Shown: positions 19,756 through 32,890 of the stretch, piece after piece
Layout: every line of letters starts with the position of its first letter
Numbering within the stretch: position 1 is the stretch's first letter
Source: a virus
Virus genome (UHGV): UHGV-0033546
DNA length: 64,000 nt
Reading direction: 5' to 3' (one strand)
Made by a program: the position numbers and the translations under genes
The notes under the pieces: generated by a model
Database searches by the model: none
The model's input: only the letters and a program-made list of their open reading frames with translations
What the model was told of the DNA's origin: nothing

Positions 19756-19986
19756 TTATTTCTCAACCAATGATTGAATATAATCATGCAGGTCTTTAGA
19801 TGCTTTACCCCACTTATTTTGATATTCATTTTTGAGATTAGCGCGTGATTGAGCTAATAAAACATCATTAGTTGGAGGTAAAGATTCTAATCGCTGAATC
19901 TGACGTCCATAAATCATTGCAGCCATCTCGGATTCATAAATCAATCCTTTGAGATGTTCAAATTGATGCCATGAAATCATTTGCAT
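19756..19986 (-). CDS. hypothetical protein (76 aa)
   Basis: ATG start. Confidence 0.45.
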   Translation of the reverse strand: MQMISWHQFEHLKGLIYESEMAAMIYGRQIQRLESLPPTNDVLLAQSRANLKNEYQNKWGKASKDLHDYIQSLVEK

Positions 19987-20276
19987 TTATCCTCTTTTAA
20001 ATCTGCACGATAATAACATATCATAGTTTTCTGATCATGTACATATCGTTTTACATCATTAAGCCAAATACGAAACTCCTGAGAATCTTCAAATGGCATA
20101 CCGACCCAAGCTTTACCATCAATAACTTTAACTTGCCAAGATAGTTTAGCTTCGTCATATGACTTTATTTGCACAGGCCAATTAGGATGAACTGTTTCTT
20201 TCTTTACTTCTAGAGGCTTTGTCGAACAACCAACTAGAAGACCAATAGATAATATTACTGCAGATAATTTAATCAT
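19977..20276 (-). CDS. outer-membrane spanin (o-spanin) lipoprotein
   Basis: 99 aa; signal peptide with lipobox LLVGC; start overlaps upstream i-spanin stop (ATGA); separate-gene spanin architecture. Confidence 0.6.
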   Translation of the reverse strand: MIKLSAVILSIGLLVGCSTKPLEVKKETVHPNWPVQIKSYDEAKLSWQVKVIDGKAWVGMPFEDSQEFRIWLNDVKRYVHDQKTMICYYRADLKEDKCK

Positions 20277-20626
20277 TTAGAAAGGTCCTGGATGTCTTCT
20301 GCGAACTTATTGAAGGAGTTGTTGATTTGTTTTTCAACCAATCCTGGCTTACGAGCCACCACATCCGCCTTCTTTGCATCTTTGCGCAGTTTTTCATTTT
20401 CACGCTCAATAGCAGCAATTGCCTCACGATTTTTATTATTCATCGCATCAATATAATTATACTGAATTCGCAAATTATTTAATGCTAAAGCGTTTTCATT
20501 GGCCGTTTTTGTAATTTCTACAACAGACGTTTCTAATCTTTCAATTTTATTTTTTAAAATTAAAGAAGTTCCGCCCAATGCAATTACAATTAATAACAAG
20601 CCTGTTGTCGTATTACTTAATTGCAT
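20273..20626 (-). CDS. inner-membrane spanin (i-spanin)
   Basis: 117 aa; N-terminal transmembrane helix (GLLLIVIALGGTSLIL) followed by charged coiled-coil region; immediately upstream of lipoprotein partner. Confidence 0.6.
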   Translation of the reverse strand: MQLSNTTTGLLLIVIALGGTSLILKNKIERLETSVVEITKTANENALALNNLRIQYNYIDAMNNKNREAIAAIERENEKLRKDAKKADVVARKPGLVEKQINNSFNKFAEDIQDLSK

Positions 20627-21123
20627 AAAGTTTTAATAACCTCTATAATATCGTCTTGAGAAAGACCGTTAATTAAAATATGATGTTCAGCAGGAGATTT
20701 AGAAATTTTAAAGCATGCCTCAACATCTTCTGCCATATCCGATGCACTACGATTTGGATTACTAATTCCAAGACGATGCTTTCCTGTCAAAGGATTAACG
20801 ATAATATAACATTTACAGTTGTTAATATGAACATTAGGTTGAGTCTGATTAATGAACACATCACAATCATATTTCGCAAGCTGATTTTCTAAAAAGACTT
20901 TCATCTCCTCAACCGCATCAGGAAGCATATCACGGGCTTGCTCAAGACGACGATTTCGATATTCTTTAATGGTCGTTTTCCGCTTGACTTGTTTAGCTAA
21001 ATCTTTCTTAAGATCGGTGATATATCCAACTCGACGATTTCCTTTGAATACAGAAATCCCATCTGTATTATCACCGTATGCTTCAACGACCATTTCAGTA
21101 GTAATAAGCTGCAAATCCATCAT
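20617..21123 (-). CDS. alc: Alc transcription-unfolding protein
   Basis: 167/168-aa ORF in the T4 alc position between pseT region and rnlA. Confidence 0.75.
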   Translation of the reverse strand: MMDLQLITTEMVVEAYGDNTDGISVFKGNRRVGYITDLKKDLAKQVKRKTTIKEYRNRRLEQARDMLPDAVEEMKVFLENQLAKYDCDVFINQTQPNVHINNCKCYIIVNPLTGKHRLGISNPNRSASDMAEDVEACFKISKSPAEHHILINGLSQDDIIEVIKTLCN

Positions 21124-21151
21124 AAAGTCCTCATGTTATGTCAGTAAGACT

Positions 21152-21181
21152 ACTATAACACAACATGAGGGACTTGTAAAC
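21152..21181 (-). promoter_or_regulatory. T4-type early promoter (duplicate of module at 5283-5312)
   Basis: - strand GTTTAC (21181-21176), 18 bp, TATAGT (21157-21152); ~55 bp incl. leader near-identical to 5252-5312. Confidence 0.5.
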
Positions 21182-21184
21182 AGC

Positions 21185-22767
<1,583 letters not shown>

Positions 22768-22772
<5 letters not shown>

Positions 22773-22795
22773 AATAAAATGGGCCTTGCGGCCCA
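22768..22795 (-). terminator. stem-loop / probable terminator after nrdB
   Basis: hairpin TGGGCC-TTGC-GGCCCA (22780-22795) followed on - strand by ATTTTATTAT. Confidence 0.45.
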
Positions 22796-22799
22796 CTCC

Positions 22800-23966
22800 T
22801 TAAAAATATTTTTTAAAACTCATCATAACTTTATCATCAACATCATTATCAATCTGTGCTACAAGGTAAGATGACAGTTCTACTTCTTGTGGCGCGGATT
22901 GAACATTATCAGAATTAAGATATTCACGAATCCAAGGATACGGGTGTTTAACCGGAGCATCGGTAATTGGGCATGGAAGACCGCACTGTTTCATACGAGA
23001 TACAGTTAAGTAATCAATAAAGCTCCACATGCTATTTGTATTTAATCCAGGAACATCACCGTCTTTAAATAAATGAACTGCCCAATCTTTTTCTTGACGG
23101 TTAACTTCCATGAAAATATCAACTGCTTCTTGTTCGCACTCTTGGGCGATTTTAACCCATTCATCACCATCAGTTCCAAGTTGAAGTTGACGAATAATAT
23201 ATTGGGTGCCTTTAAGATGAAGCTGCTCATCGCGCGCAATGAACTTCATAATCTTAGCATTACCTTCCATGATTTCCATGTTCTTATGGAAGTTAAATGT
23301 ACATGCGAAAGATACGTAAAAACGAATAGCTTCCAGTGCGTTGATTACGTGCAGGCAGAGGTAAAGAGAGCGCATTAGTTCACGTTTAGCTCTTTGCTCA
23401 GCATCTTTATCAACTAAAGTTAGACCTTGGTCTTTATAATACTTAGCCATGTCTTTGGTATTTTCCCAGGCACGGGTTTTAATCAGAACATCATCGTAAT
23501 AATGACCGATAGATTCAGCGCGTTTCATAATAGCTTCATCTAATACAATCTCATCAAACACCTTCGATGGATCAGTATAAAGATTTCGCATGATATGAGT
23601 ATATGAACGGCTGTGAATAGTTTCACTAAAAGTCCATGTAGCAACCCATGTATCAAGACTTGGGTCTGAAATTAATGACATAAGTACAGCAGACGGTGCA
23701 CGCCCCTGAATGCTATCCAAAAGTGATTGATACTTCAGGTTATTAGTAAAAATATTTTGCTGATACTGAGGAAGCTTGTTAAATTGTGCAGCATCCATCA
23801 TCAAGTTTACTTCTTCAGGACGCCAAAAGAATGATAAAGATTTCTCAGTAAGTTCTTCAAATACTCTATGTCGTTGAATATCATAACGCGCAATACCAAG
23901 ACCTGAACCAAAAAACATAGGTTCTTTTAAAACATCAACTGGATTTGTATTAAAAACTGTGCTCAT
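22800..23966 (-). CDS. nrdB: ribonucleotide reductase beta subunit (uninterrupted, no intron)
   Basis: continuous 388-aa ORF, the length recalled for spliced T4 NrdB. Confidence 0.9.
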   Translation of the reverse strand: MSTVFNTNPVDVLKEPMFFGSGLGIARYDIQRHRVFEELTEKSLSFFWRPEEVNLMMDAAQFNKLPQYQQNIFTNNLKYQSLLDSIQGRAPSAVLMSLISDPSLDTWVATWTFSETIHSRSYTHIMRNLYTDPSKVFDEIVLDEAIMKRAESIGHYYDDVLIKTRAWENTKDMAKYYKDQGLTLVDKDAEQRAKRELMRSLYLCLHVINALEAIRFYVSFACTFNFHKNMEIMEGNAKIMKFIARDEQLHLKGTQYIIRQLQLGTDGDEWVKIAQECEQEAVDIFMEVNRQEKDWAVHLFKDGDVPGLNTNSMWSFIDYLTVSRMKQCGLPCPITDAPVKHPYPWIREYLNSDNVQSAPQEVELSSYLVAQIDNDVDDKVMMSFKKYF

Positions 23967-24017
23967 AAATTTTCCGCTTAGTTAATAGATAGTGACTCGT
24001 CCGTGAGTCAAATTATA

Positions 24018-26282
24018 TCATAATTTACAAGATGAACAATCTTCAGCTTTTGGAGTTTCTATTTCATAATCATCAGTACCAGAACCATCACGGGTATTAT
24101 GATAATAGAAATTTTTTCCGCCAAAATACCAAAAATACAAAAGGTCATCAATCATTATTGACATTGGAACCTTTCCTTTTGGAAAAATCTGTGGGTCATA
24201 ATATGTATTCGCTGAAGCTGATTGACATACCCATTTAAGCATAATAGCTACCTGCGTAAGATAAGGTTTATTACCTTTCTTAGCTAATTTCCACGTATAA
24301 TCATATAGGTCTATGTTATGTTCAATATTGGGCACGACTTGATTAAAGGAACCCTCTTTTGATTCTTTAACAGAGACTGGTCCACGTGGAGGCTCGATAC
24401 CGTTTGTACTGTTAGAAACTTGGGAAGATGACTCACATGGCATAAGTGCTGATAATGTGCTATTACGGATGCCAAAGAGCTTAAGGTCTTCCCGCAGCGA
24501 CGACCAGTCACAAACGTATTTTGGAGCTGCGATTTGGTCAATCTTTTTATTGTACCAGTCGATAGGTAATTCGCCTCGAGACCAACGAGTGTCTGAATAA
24601 TATTCGCAAGGTCCTTTTTCTTTGGCGAGCTTAATGGATGCTTTAATGAGTCCATACTGTAATCTCTCAAATAGTTCATGTGTTAAATCGTTAGCATCTT
24701 CATAAGAAGCGAAGTTACTTGCCAGCCAAGCTGCATAGTTAGTAACACCTACGCCAAGGTTTCGACGCTTTTTAGCTTTTTCTGCTTCAGGAACAGGATA
24801 TCCTTGGTAATCCAATAGATTATCAAGAGCGCGAACTTGAACTTCTGCCAATTCATTAATTTTATCTTGGTCTTGCCAATCGAAGTTATCTAACACAAAT
24901 GCAGATAATGTACACAATCCAATTTCAGCATCAGGACTATTCACGTCATTTGTTGGAATAGCGATTTCACAACACAAGTTACTCTGACGAATAGGTGCCT
25001 TTTCACGAATAAATGGCGTATAGTTATTCGTATTATCAATGAACTGCACATAAATCCTTGCTGTTCCTGAGCGTTCAGTCATGAGCAATTCAAATAGTTC
25101 ACGGGCTTTAATACGCTTTTTACGAATATTAGGGTCTTTTTCTGCTGCTTCGTATAATTCACGGAAACGGTCTTGGTCTTTAAAATAAGAATAATAAAGC
25201 TCTCCACCCATTTCATGTGGACTGAACAAAGTAATGTAATCGTTCTTTCCGAATCGTTCCATCATTAGGTCATTAAGTTGAACGCCATAATCCATATGAC
25301 GGATACGGTTTTCTTCTACACCTTTGTTATTTTTCAAAACGAGAAGATTTTCAACTTCCAAATGCCAAATAGGATAATAAGCAGTAGCAGCGCCGCCACG
25401 AATTCCACCCTGTGAGCATGATTTAACAGCAGTCTGAAAATGTTTCCAAAAAGGAATGACACCAGTATGACGCACTTCACCCATACCAATCTTAGAACCT
25501 TCGGCACGAATCATACCAACGTTAATACCAATTCCAGCGCGTTTGGAGATATATTCAACAATTGAAGCAGAAGCCTTATTGATAGACTTCAATGAATCAC
25601 CTGCCTCAATAACAACGCATGAACTAAATTGTCGAGTCGGAGTACGGCAACCAGCCATAATAGGAGTTGGTAATGAAATCTGTCGAGTAGATACTGCTTC
25701 ATAAAAACGGATAACATGTTTTAATCTATCAACAGGTTCATCTTGATGCAATGCCATTCCAATAGTCATAAATGCAAACTGTGGAGTTTCATAAATTTGA
25801 CCAGTGGTTTTATCTTTAACTAGATATTTTTCCTTTAGCTGCATCGCCCCGGAATAAGTAAATTCCATATCCCGCTCATGCTTAATTTTTGATTCTAAAA
25901 ATGTAATTTCTTCTGCAGAATATTTTGATAACAGTTCAGGGTCATATTTCCCTGCATTTACACAATAAGAAATATGGTCAATAAATGAACGTGGTTCATA
26001 CTGTCCATAAACATGCTTACGAAGAGCAAACATTAAACAACGCGCAGCTACATATTGATAATCAGGCTCTTCAACCGAAATAGAATTCGCAGCAGCCTTA
26101 ATGACAATAGTCTGAATATCATCAGTTGTCATTCCATCACGGAGATAAGATTTAATATTTTCATATAATTCATAAGGATCGACTGATGTTCCTTCAGCTG
26201 CCCAAGATAAAACTTTAATAATTTTTTGCGGGTCAAAGCTCTGAGAAACACCACTACTTTTGATAACATTAATTAATTGCAT
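24018..26282 (-). CDS. nrdA: ribonucleotide reductase alpha subunit
   Basis: 754-aa ORF, class I RNR large subunit, T4 nrdA position. Confidence 0.9.
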   Translation of the reverse strand: MQLINVIKSSGVSQSFDPQKIIKVLSWAAEGTSVDPYELYENIKSYLRDGMTTDDIQTIVIKAAANSISVEEPDYQYVAARCLMFALRKHVYGQYEPRSFIDHISYCVNAGKYDPELLSKYSAEEITFLESKIKHERDMEFTYSGAMQLKEKYLVKDKTTGQIYETPQFAFMTIGMALHQDEPVDRLKHVIRFYEAVSTRQISLPTPIMAGCRTPTRQFSSCVVIEAGDSLKSINKASASIVEYISKRAGIGINVGMIRAEGSKIGMGEVRHTGVIPFWKHFQTAVKSCSQGGIRGGAATAYYPIWHLEVENLLVLKNNKGVEENRIRHMDYGVQLNDLMMERFGKNDYITLFSPHEMGGELYYSYFKDQDRFRELYEAAEKDPNIRKKRIKARELFELLMTERSGTARIYVQFIDNTNNYTPFIREKAPIRQSNLCCEIAIPTNDVNSPDAEIGLCTLSAFVLDNFDWQDQDKINELAEVQVRALDNLLDYQGYPVPEAEKAKKRRNLGVGVTNYAAWLASNFASYEDANDLTHELFERLQYGLIKASIKLAKEKGPCEYYSDTRWSRGELPIDWYNKKIDQIAAPKYVCDWSSLREDLKLFGIRNSTLSALMPCESSSQVSNSTNGIEPPRGPVSVKESKEGSFNQVVPNIEHNIDLYDYTWKLAKKGNKPYLTQVAIMLKWVCQSASANTYYDPQIFPKGKVPMSIMIDDLLYFWYFGGKNFYYHNTRDGSGTDDYEIETPKAEDCSSCKL

Positions 26283-26599
26283 AAGTCCTCAACTTGAAAA
26301 TCGTCTTTAAACAATCGGTTAACTATATGAGCTATTATATCACCATGACACGGCTTTGGTTTACATGTGCATCCTAGCCTCATTCCACGTAAAGGCTCTA
26401 AATGTGCTTTAGTTATTTCTCCGGATTTAATTCGACGTATAAAATCTTTTTTGAATAATTCAATGGCAGCCTCCCGGCTGCCAGCATCTTTACCGACGTA
26501 ATTTCCCCAAAATGTACCACGGTGAATATTAACATCAAAGTCGGATTTATATTTATTCACTACCCGGCATAGACGGCCCGGTTGGTAATAATTCTTCAT
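26273..26599 (-). CDS. hypothetical protein (108 aa) with C-terminal Cys/His cluster
   Basis: ATG start; motif [13 protein letters not shown]. Confidence 0.5.
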   Translation of the reverse strand: MKNYYQPGRLCRVVNKYKSDFDVNIHRGTFWGNYVGKDAGSREAAIELFKKDFIRRIKSGEITKAHLEPLRGMRLGCTCKPKPCHGDIIAHIVNRLFKDDFQVEDLCN

Positions 26600-26816
26600 A
26601 TTGTTGTTCCGTTAAAACAGTAATATCATAATAACAATCAGAAGAAGTTTTAACTGTGGAAATTTTATTATCAAAATACTCACGAGTCATTTTATAAGTA
26701 TAGTATTTTTTACCATAAATGATAATAGGCTGATTTGGTCCTGGAACTTCTAACTCACTTGGATTAGGAAGTGTAAAAAGAACGACACCAGAAGTATCTT
26801 TAAATCGTAAAATCAT
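26553..26816 (-). CDS. hypothetical protein (87 aa)
   Basis: first ATG at 26816 with GAGGAT RBS (track start is TTG); overlaps downstream ORF. Confidence 0.4.
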   Translation of the reverse strand: MILRFKDTSGVVLFTLPNPSELEVPGPNQPIIIYGKKYYTYKMTREYFDNKISTVKTSSDCYYDITVLTEQQYEELLPTGPSMPGSE

Positions 26817-26836
26817 ATATCCTCGCAATAATAAAA

Positions 26837-27696
26837 TTACACCGCCATTTTTCCTTTAATTGGCGGATGAGATACATAGTTGTTAAGAACAAAATTATGC
26901 GGCTTTGCGAATTGACTCAACCAAAATACCTGCGATTCTGTGTCCCATTCATCAAATTCATCTGGAAATTTTAATTGCAATTCACATAAATCCATAGGTT
27001 CACGGCGTAAAATTTCTTTACATTGTTCTACGTGATTCATATAGATATGAGTATTACCACCAGAAAATATCAAATCTCCAGGAATAAGATTACACATCTT
27101 AGCTACAATATGAACTAATGCAGCATATGATGCAATATTAAATGGAAGACCGAGAAAAACATCTACCGAGCGTTGATACCACTGCAAATCTAAATATCCA
27201 TTACGAACATTAAATTGATAGAACATATGACAAGGTGGTAATGCCATATATTTAAGTTCAGCTGGATTCCATGCAGAAACAATTTGACGTCTATCATTTG
27301 GCAGTTTTTTAATACGATCAACAACTTCTATAATTTGGTCTACACCGCCAAAATCGCGCCATTGTTTTCCATAAATTGGACCAAGTTCACCACTATGGTA
27401 TCCTAAATCTTTTGCTTGATTTTCGTAATTTTCATCCCAGACTGTTTTGCCTTGAATTAATGAATCATGTTGAATTAATCGCAAATCATTGACATTTGTA
27501 CTTCCCGATAAAAACCATATTAGCTCAGCAATGCAAGCTTTCCAGGCAAGCTTCTTAGTTGTTACTGCAGGAAAACCTTTAGTTAAATCCCAGCGTAATT
27601 TAGTACCGAACAAAGCAATTGTTCCTGTGCCTGTTCGGTCGTCGGTTTCGTAACCATTTTCCAGGATATCTTTAATTAAAAATTGGTATTGTTTCA

Positions 27697-27697
<1 letters not shown>
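26837..27697 (-). CDS. td: thymidylate synthase (uninterrupted, no intron)
   Basis: 286 aa from ATG at 27697 (MKQYQ...); continuous ORF; track start is TTG. Confidence 0.9.
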
Positions 27698-28819
<1,122 letters not shown>

Positions 28820-28911
28820 TATATTTTCCTCAAATTCATTTAAATCAAGACTATGCAATTTTTAAAGCATTGCATAATAGAATTCATCATTCATAAACTC
28901 AAATACAAAAA

Positions 28912-29271
28912 TTATATTATCTCCCATCGAAAAGGGTCAGGAGCATATCCGATAGAGTTAATCATTTTAACTAAAGTTACCATTCCTTTGTTAACTGCTT
29001 GTGCGATTTCATCAAAAACTTCATCGCTATCATCATAAAGGTCATTAAAAAGTTCTAACACGTTCTTCTGAACTTTTAATTTATGACCAACAATCTCGCC
29101 TACAGTAAATTCGTTTCCGCCGATTCCAGTGTAAAACGTAATTACACCAGTTAACAGACTTTCGCGAGAATCTAGGTCATGTGATAAATTAATATAAGCC
29201 ATCCCGGGTGCAGTTTTAAGTTGGCAACGAATTCTTACTTGAGTAATTCCGGTTACATGAATGTCGGACAT
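28912..29271 (-). CDS. hypothetical protein (119 aa)
   Basis: internal ATG at 29271 with GAGGAAA RBS; upstream track extension overlaps next gene. Confidence 0.5.
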   Translation of the reverse strand: MSDIHVTGITQVRIRCQLKTAPGMAYINLSHDLDSRESLLTGVITFYTGIGGNEFTVGEIVGHKLKVQKNVLELFNDLYDDSDEVFDEIAQAVNKGMVTLVKMINSIGYAPDPFRWEII

Positions 29272-29281
29272 ATTATTTTCC

Positions 29282-29521
29282 TCACGCTTTCTTAGCGACT
29301 TTCCAGTCAGCTTTAAATTGGTCAACGTCAGAGTGATGAATCCAGAAACCAGATGAGCTACCATCTTCATAAAGAGGACAACCATCACACTCATCTTCCC
29401 ATCCCATATCACGTAAAAGATGTTCAGCTTTTTCAATGAGTTCAGAATCTTTACCGATGATATTAAAATACCATTTACCTCTAACTTCTGAATCTTTGAT
29501 GCTCTGGCGTTGTAATCTCAT
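29282..29521 (-). CDS. hypothetical protein (79 aa)
   Basis: ATG at 29521 with GAGGAG RBS; early promoter upstream. Confidence 0.45.
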   Translation of the reverse strand: MRLQRQSIKDSEVRGKWYFNIIGKDSELIEKAEHLLRDMGWEDECDGCPLYEDGSSSGFWIHHSDVDQFKADWKVAKKA

Positions 29522-29547
29522 TTTATTCTCCTCAAGTTGATAGGGTA

Positions 29548-29577
29548 ATAGTATCACACTACTACCCTGTTGTAAAC
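29548..29577 (-). promoter_or_regulatory. T4-type early promoter
   Basis: - strand GTTTAC (29577-29572), 18 bp, TACTAT (29553-29548); -10 bracketed by inverted repeat AGGGTA/TACCCT. Confidence 0.45.
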
Positions 29578-29579
29578 AA

Positions 29580-29840
29580 TTATTTTTGAATTTTATCGAG
29601 CCACTTACCAAGCTTAATCATTTCTTTAGTAGCCTTTTCCATACTTCTGAACTTAACCAATAGAGGATAGGTATCGACACCCATAACTAAACTGGTTACA
29701 AGACTGTGTTCACCCACAAGCCATAACGAATACGTTTGAATATCGAGTCCGTAATTTCTGTCTTTATGGACCCGTACACCCATCACTTCAAATTTCTCAC
29801 TAGCTTTTTCTACCGCATCCAGGAAATCATCTTTAGTCAT
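29580..29840 (-). CDS. hypothetical protein (86 aa)
   Basis: ATG at 29840 just after upstream stop, AAGG RBS. Confidence 0.45.
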   Translation of the reverse strand: MTKDDFLDAVEKASEKFEVMGVRVHKDRNYGLDIQTYSLWLVGEHSLVTSLVMGVDTYPLLVKFRSMEKATKEMIKLGKWLDKIQK

Positions 29841-29841
29841 A

Positions 29842-30228
29842 TTAGGCCTTAAAAGTTTTTCGCAAAAGTTCAATGATTTCATCTACATTGTTTTCGTCAA
29901 CAATGCAGTGAATTTTTGTTACGCCAGAAACTATACCTTCATTAGCGGATTGAGGCTTTTCTAAAGTTACCTCAGTAAAGTATTTGAATTCTTCAGAGTA
30001 AATCTCAAAATACGTCTCAAGTGGGCCACCCGCCATGTATTCAGTGCCGTCTTCCATAGTTACACGTACCACACAGTCACCAGCACAATCATCACTTTCC
30101 ATTTCATCTACAACAAAACTAGGTCCGTGCTTCTCTATTAAATTTAGCATCATTACATTGCAACGGCACTCGTTAGCAAAGTCATTTTTAAATAAAGGGT
30201 TAATGATATAAGTTTTTCCAACTTCCAC
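29842..30228 (-). CDS. hypothetical protein (128 aa, GTG start)
   Basis: GTG start with GAGGAAAT RBS 6 nt upstream; no in-frame ATG near. Confidence 0.45.
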   Translation of the reverse strand: MEVGKTYIINPLFKNDFANECRCNVMMLNLIEKHGPSFVVDEMESDDCAGDCVVRVTMEDGTEYMAGGPLETYFEIYSEEFKYFTEVTLEKPQSANEGIVSGVTKIHCIVDENNVDEIIELLRKTFKA

Positions 30229-30272
30229 TTTGATTTCCTCATTTTAATAGGGGCTTGATAGCCCCTTGATAA

Positions 30273-30500
30273 TTATTGTTCAATCAGTCCCATGTAAAAT
30301 TCTGCGTCTTCAGAATCCATGTCATCACAATATTTACTAGCCATAAAGTGGGTGAGGTCTTCAAGAGGACCTTTAATGACAATTTGAATACTCCAAAACT
30401 TAGAATCTTGCACGCTTGTGATGCTAAGTTCAGGATAACGATTACGAATAATCTCTTCAATGTATTCAAAATCAACAATGTCAATATCAACTTTAGCCAT
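30273..30500 (-). CDS. hypothetical protein (75 aa)
   Basis: ATG at 30500 with AGAGGAAA RBS; track N-terminal extension is translated promoter. Confidence 0.45.
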   Translation of the reverse strand: MAKVDIDIVDFEYIEEIIRNRYPELSITSVQDSKFWSIQIVIKGPLEDLTHFMASKYCDDMDSEDAEFYMGLIEQ

Positions 30501-30543
30501 ATTATTTTCCTCTTTAATCATCAGCAGTATTGCCGATAGTTGT

Positions 30544-30573
30544 ATAGTACCATGGAAGGACAAGGATGTAAAC
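30544..30573 (-). promoter_or_regulatory. T4-type early promoter
   Basis: - strand GTTTAC (30573-30568), 18 bp, TACTAT (30549-30544); upstream A/T tract. Confidence 0.5.
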
Positions 30574-30591
30574 CGTTTTGTGAAAAAATTT

Positions 30592-30622
30592 TTGAAATAA
30601 AAAGGGGACCCTAGAGGTCCCC
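30592..30622 (-). terminator. rho-independent terminator after gene 32
   Basis: hairpin GGGGACC-CTAGA-GGTCCCC (30604-30622) followed on - strand by TTTTTTATTTC. Confidence 0.6.
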
Positions 30623-30644
30623 GATTAATTAGTAATATAATCTA

Positions 30645-31553
30645 TTAAAGGTCATTCAAAAGGTCATCCAGGTCCGTGTCATCAGCACTAGATGAACTGC
30701 CAGAGCTTGAGCTCATAAAATCATCTTCAGTTTTTGTATTGAAGTCATCAACATTGAATGCATCCAAATCATCAGCAACTTTATCAGCTTTCTTAGCGGC
30801 AGTCGCTGCCGCACCACCCATAACAGCAGTTCCCATAACTTGACTGAACTTCGTGCTCAGTTCTTCAAACGATTTGAATTTATCTTTAGAAGTCATTTCA
30901 GAAAGGTCAACCATTTGTTCGAACAGTTCTTTCTGGAAAGATTCATCATCAATGTTTGGAATCGCAGATTGATTCAGGAATTTAGATTCGTCGTAGTTAC
31001 TAAAACCAGAAACTTGTTTAACTTTCAGTACAAAGTTAGCACCTTCCCACGGACAAGTTACATCAACCGGAGTTTCACCCATTTCGACATCAACTGCAAT
31101 CATTGCATTGATTTTATCCCAGATTTTCTTACCGAAACGATATTTAAATACTTTACCTTCATTTTCTGGAGCAGCTGGGTCTTTTACAACAAGAATATTA
31201 GCCCAGTAAGAAGTTTTACGTTTAACAAGACCGTATTCTTTATTGTCAGTGTTGTACAAATCATTTTTACTGATGTACTGACATACTGGGCAAGAATCGT
31301 AATCACCATGGGTAGATGAGCATGTTTCAATATACCATTTACCATTTTTCTTGAAACCGTGATTTACAAGAATTGCGAACGGTGCTTGTTCATCATTTTT
31401 AGACGGAAGAAAACGAATTACTGCTTGACCGTTACCCGCATTGTCGAGTTTCAGTTTCCACTCGCCTTTATCTTCAGAAGAAAAACCACCTTTATTTCCA
31501 GCCAGTTTAGCCATTTGTGCAGCAAGTTCAGCAGTAGATTTACGTTTAAACAT
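30645..31553 (-). CDS. 32: single-stranded DNA-binding protein gp32
   Basis: 301/302-aa ORF; sequence matches T4 gp32 as recalled (zinc ligands CPVC, acidic Ser/Asp-rich C-terminus). Confidence 0.95.
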   Translation of the reverse strand: MFKRKSTAELAAQMAKLAGNKGGFSSEDKGEWKLKLDNAGNGQAVIRFLPSKNDEQAPFAILVNHGFKKNGKWYIETCSSTHGDYDSCPVCQYISKNDLYNTDNKEYGLVKRKTSYWANILVVKDPAAPENEGKVFKYRFGKKIWDKINAMIAVDVEMGETPVDVTCPWEGANFVLKVKQVSGFSNYDESKFLNQSAIPNIDDESFQKELFEQMVDLSEMTSKDKFKSFEELSTKFSQVMGTAVMGGAAATAAKKADKVADDLDAFNVDDFNTKTEDDFMSSSSGSSSSADDTDLDDLLNDL

Positions 31554-31590
31554 TTTATTTCCTTTTTAATTTAATTAACAGTTGGTGCTA
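31554..31590 (-). promoter_or_regulatory. gene 32 mRNA leader / translational operator
   Basis: leader reads GUUAAUUAAAUUAAAAAGGAAAUAAAAUG, the unstructured A/U-rich gp32 autoregulation site. Confidence 0.5.
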
Positions 31591-31602
31591 TGACACTTTA
31601 CC

Positions 31603-32235
31603 TCATAGCTGGCATAATTTACAATACTCTGGGTCTTCGAGAGGTATCCAACCTGAGTTGAAATACTTTACCATCGATTTAGCAGTTGTATCAGTTATAT
31701 TTATATTACCTTTAACTCTTCGCCATCCAGGAGTTTTACCGTACAGATTAGAAGATAATAATAACACATAATTCTCGTAAGCAATATGAGATAATTTCCA
31801 AGACTCTATATTAGCTCGTGATGTTTTCCAAGGTCTGAAATCGTCACGGTTCATATAATTAGCCAATCTCATATGCTCTCTAACTTCCGGGTCTTTGGCT
31901 GGATGAGTTTCACCACTCACACCAAATCCACCGCCAGCATATACCAGATTAAAATAGTCTGGATTATCTCTGGCATTTACTTCAAGTTGATATTTTCGCT
32001 CTGCTTCAATAACATCCAAGTCATCATCAATTTGAATTATTTTAACGCTCGGTTTTTGAAGCATTACCGCATTCAAAAATCTTTTTTGTTTACATGAGCT
32101 CCAATATTCCTTTCCGGAAGAGTCATATATTATTCCGTTCTCAAATGAGCAATTTAATTTACTACCGATATAGTAGTATGGCGGAGTCTTATTTTTGACA
32201 CGGTCTTCAAATGTAAACCAATATACTATATTCAT
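31603..32235 (-). CDS. segG: GIY-YIG family homing endonuclease (Seg-like, segG position)
   Basis: 210 aa; N-terminal IVYWFTF...YYYIGSKL resembles GIY-(x)n-YIG motif; sits between 32 and 59 as T4 segG does. Confidence 0.55.
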   Translation of the reverse strand: MNIVYWFTFEDRVKNKTPPYYYIGSKLNCSFENGIIYDSSGKEYWSSCKQKRFLNAVMLQKPSVKIIQIDDDLDVIEAERKYQLEVNARDNPDYFNLVYAGGGFGVSGETHPAKDPEVREHMRLANYMNRDDFRPWKTSRANIESWKLSHIAYENYVLLLSSNLYGKTPGWRRVKGNINITDTTAKSMVKYFNSGWIPLEDPEYCKLCQL

Positions 32236-32236
32236 A

Positions 32237-32890
32237 TTAATACTTGCAAGATTTCACAGTTTCAATGAAAACATTTTTAGCTTTCTGTGAATCAATATTT
32301 AAAATTTTTCTATAAGCCTTTAACTTTATAGAATAATTATTCCAGACTAAATTATCAGTCTGTTCATCATGTTTATCAATTATATTTAAAAACGAATCAA
32401 GCAAGATAAACGTCTCAAACGAAATTATGTTCGATTGAAGTAGTTTAAAAATATAACTTGACTGAACCTTTGGATTATATTCAAAAATTTCTTTAAAAGC
32501 AGAAACTTCAACTTTTTTACTAAAATAATAAATGTTGCGAATATCTTCTTCAAACTTAAATTTAATTTGCTTTAAGCGTCCGATATATTCACGATAAAAC
32601 ACAAGTGCATCAGCGTCAGAGATGTCACCAATCCAAGCATCTTGGTTAGCAACCAAATTGCTTATAAAGATTAAAGCAAGTTCCTTTAATTTATATTTTT
32701 CTGATAACTTCTGAAAAAAATACTTATCCCTTCGCTTTTGATAAGCGGCATCAGACACCCGCATGCACCAATTATACTTAATTACATCATACTTTCCATT
32801 CATATGTTGTTTTATCATTAAGTATAATTTATAAACTGATTTACCATCAATGTATCTTTCACCACCAGCAGGCATGCGGAGTTTAATCAT
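32237..32890 (-). CDS. 59: helicase loader gp59
   Basis: 217-aa ORF, same length and position as T4 gp59. Confidence 0.85.
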   Translation of the reverse strand: MIKLRMPAGGERYIDGKSVYKLYLMIKQHMNGKYDVIKYNWCMRVSDAAYQKRRDKYFFQKLSEKYKLKELALIFISNLVANQDAWIGDISDADALVFYREYIGRLKQIKFKFEEDIRNIYYFSKKVEVSAFKEIFEYNPKVQSSYIFKLLQSNIISFETFILLDSFLNIIDKHDEQTDNLVWNNYSIKLKAYRKILNIDSQKAKNVFIETVKSCKY

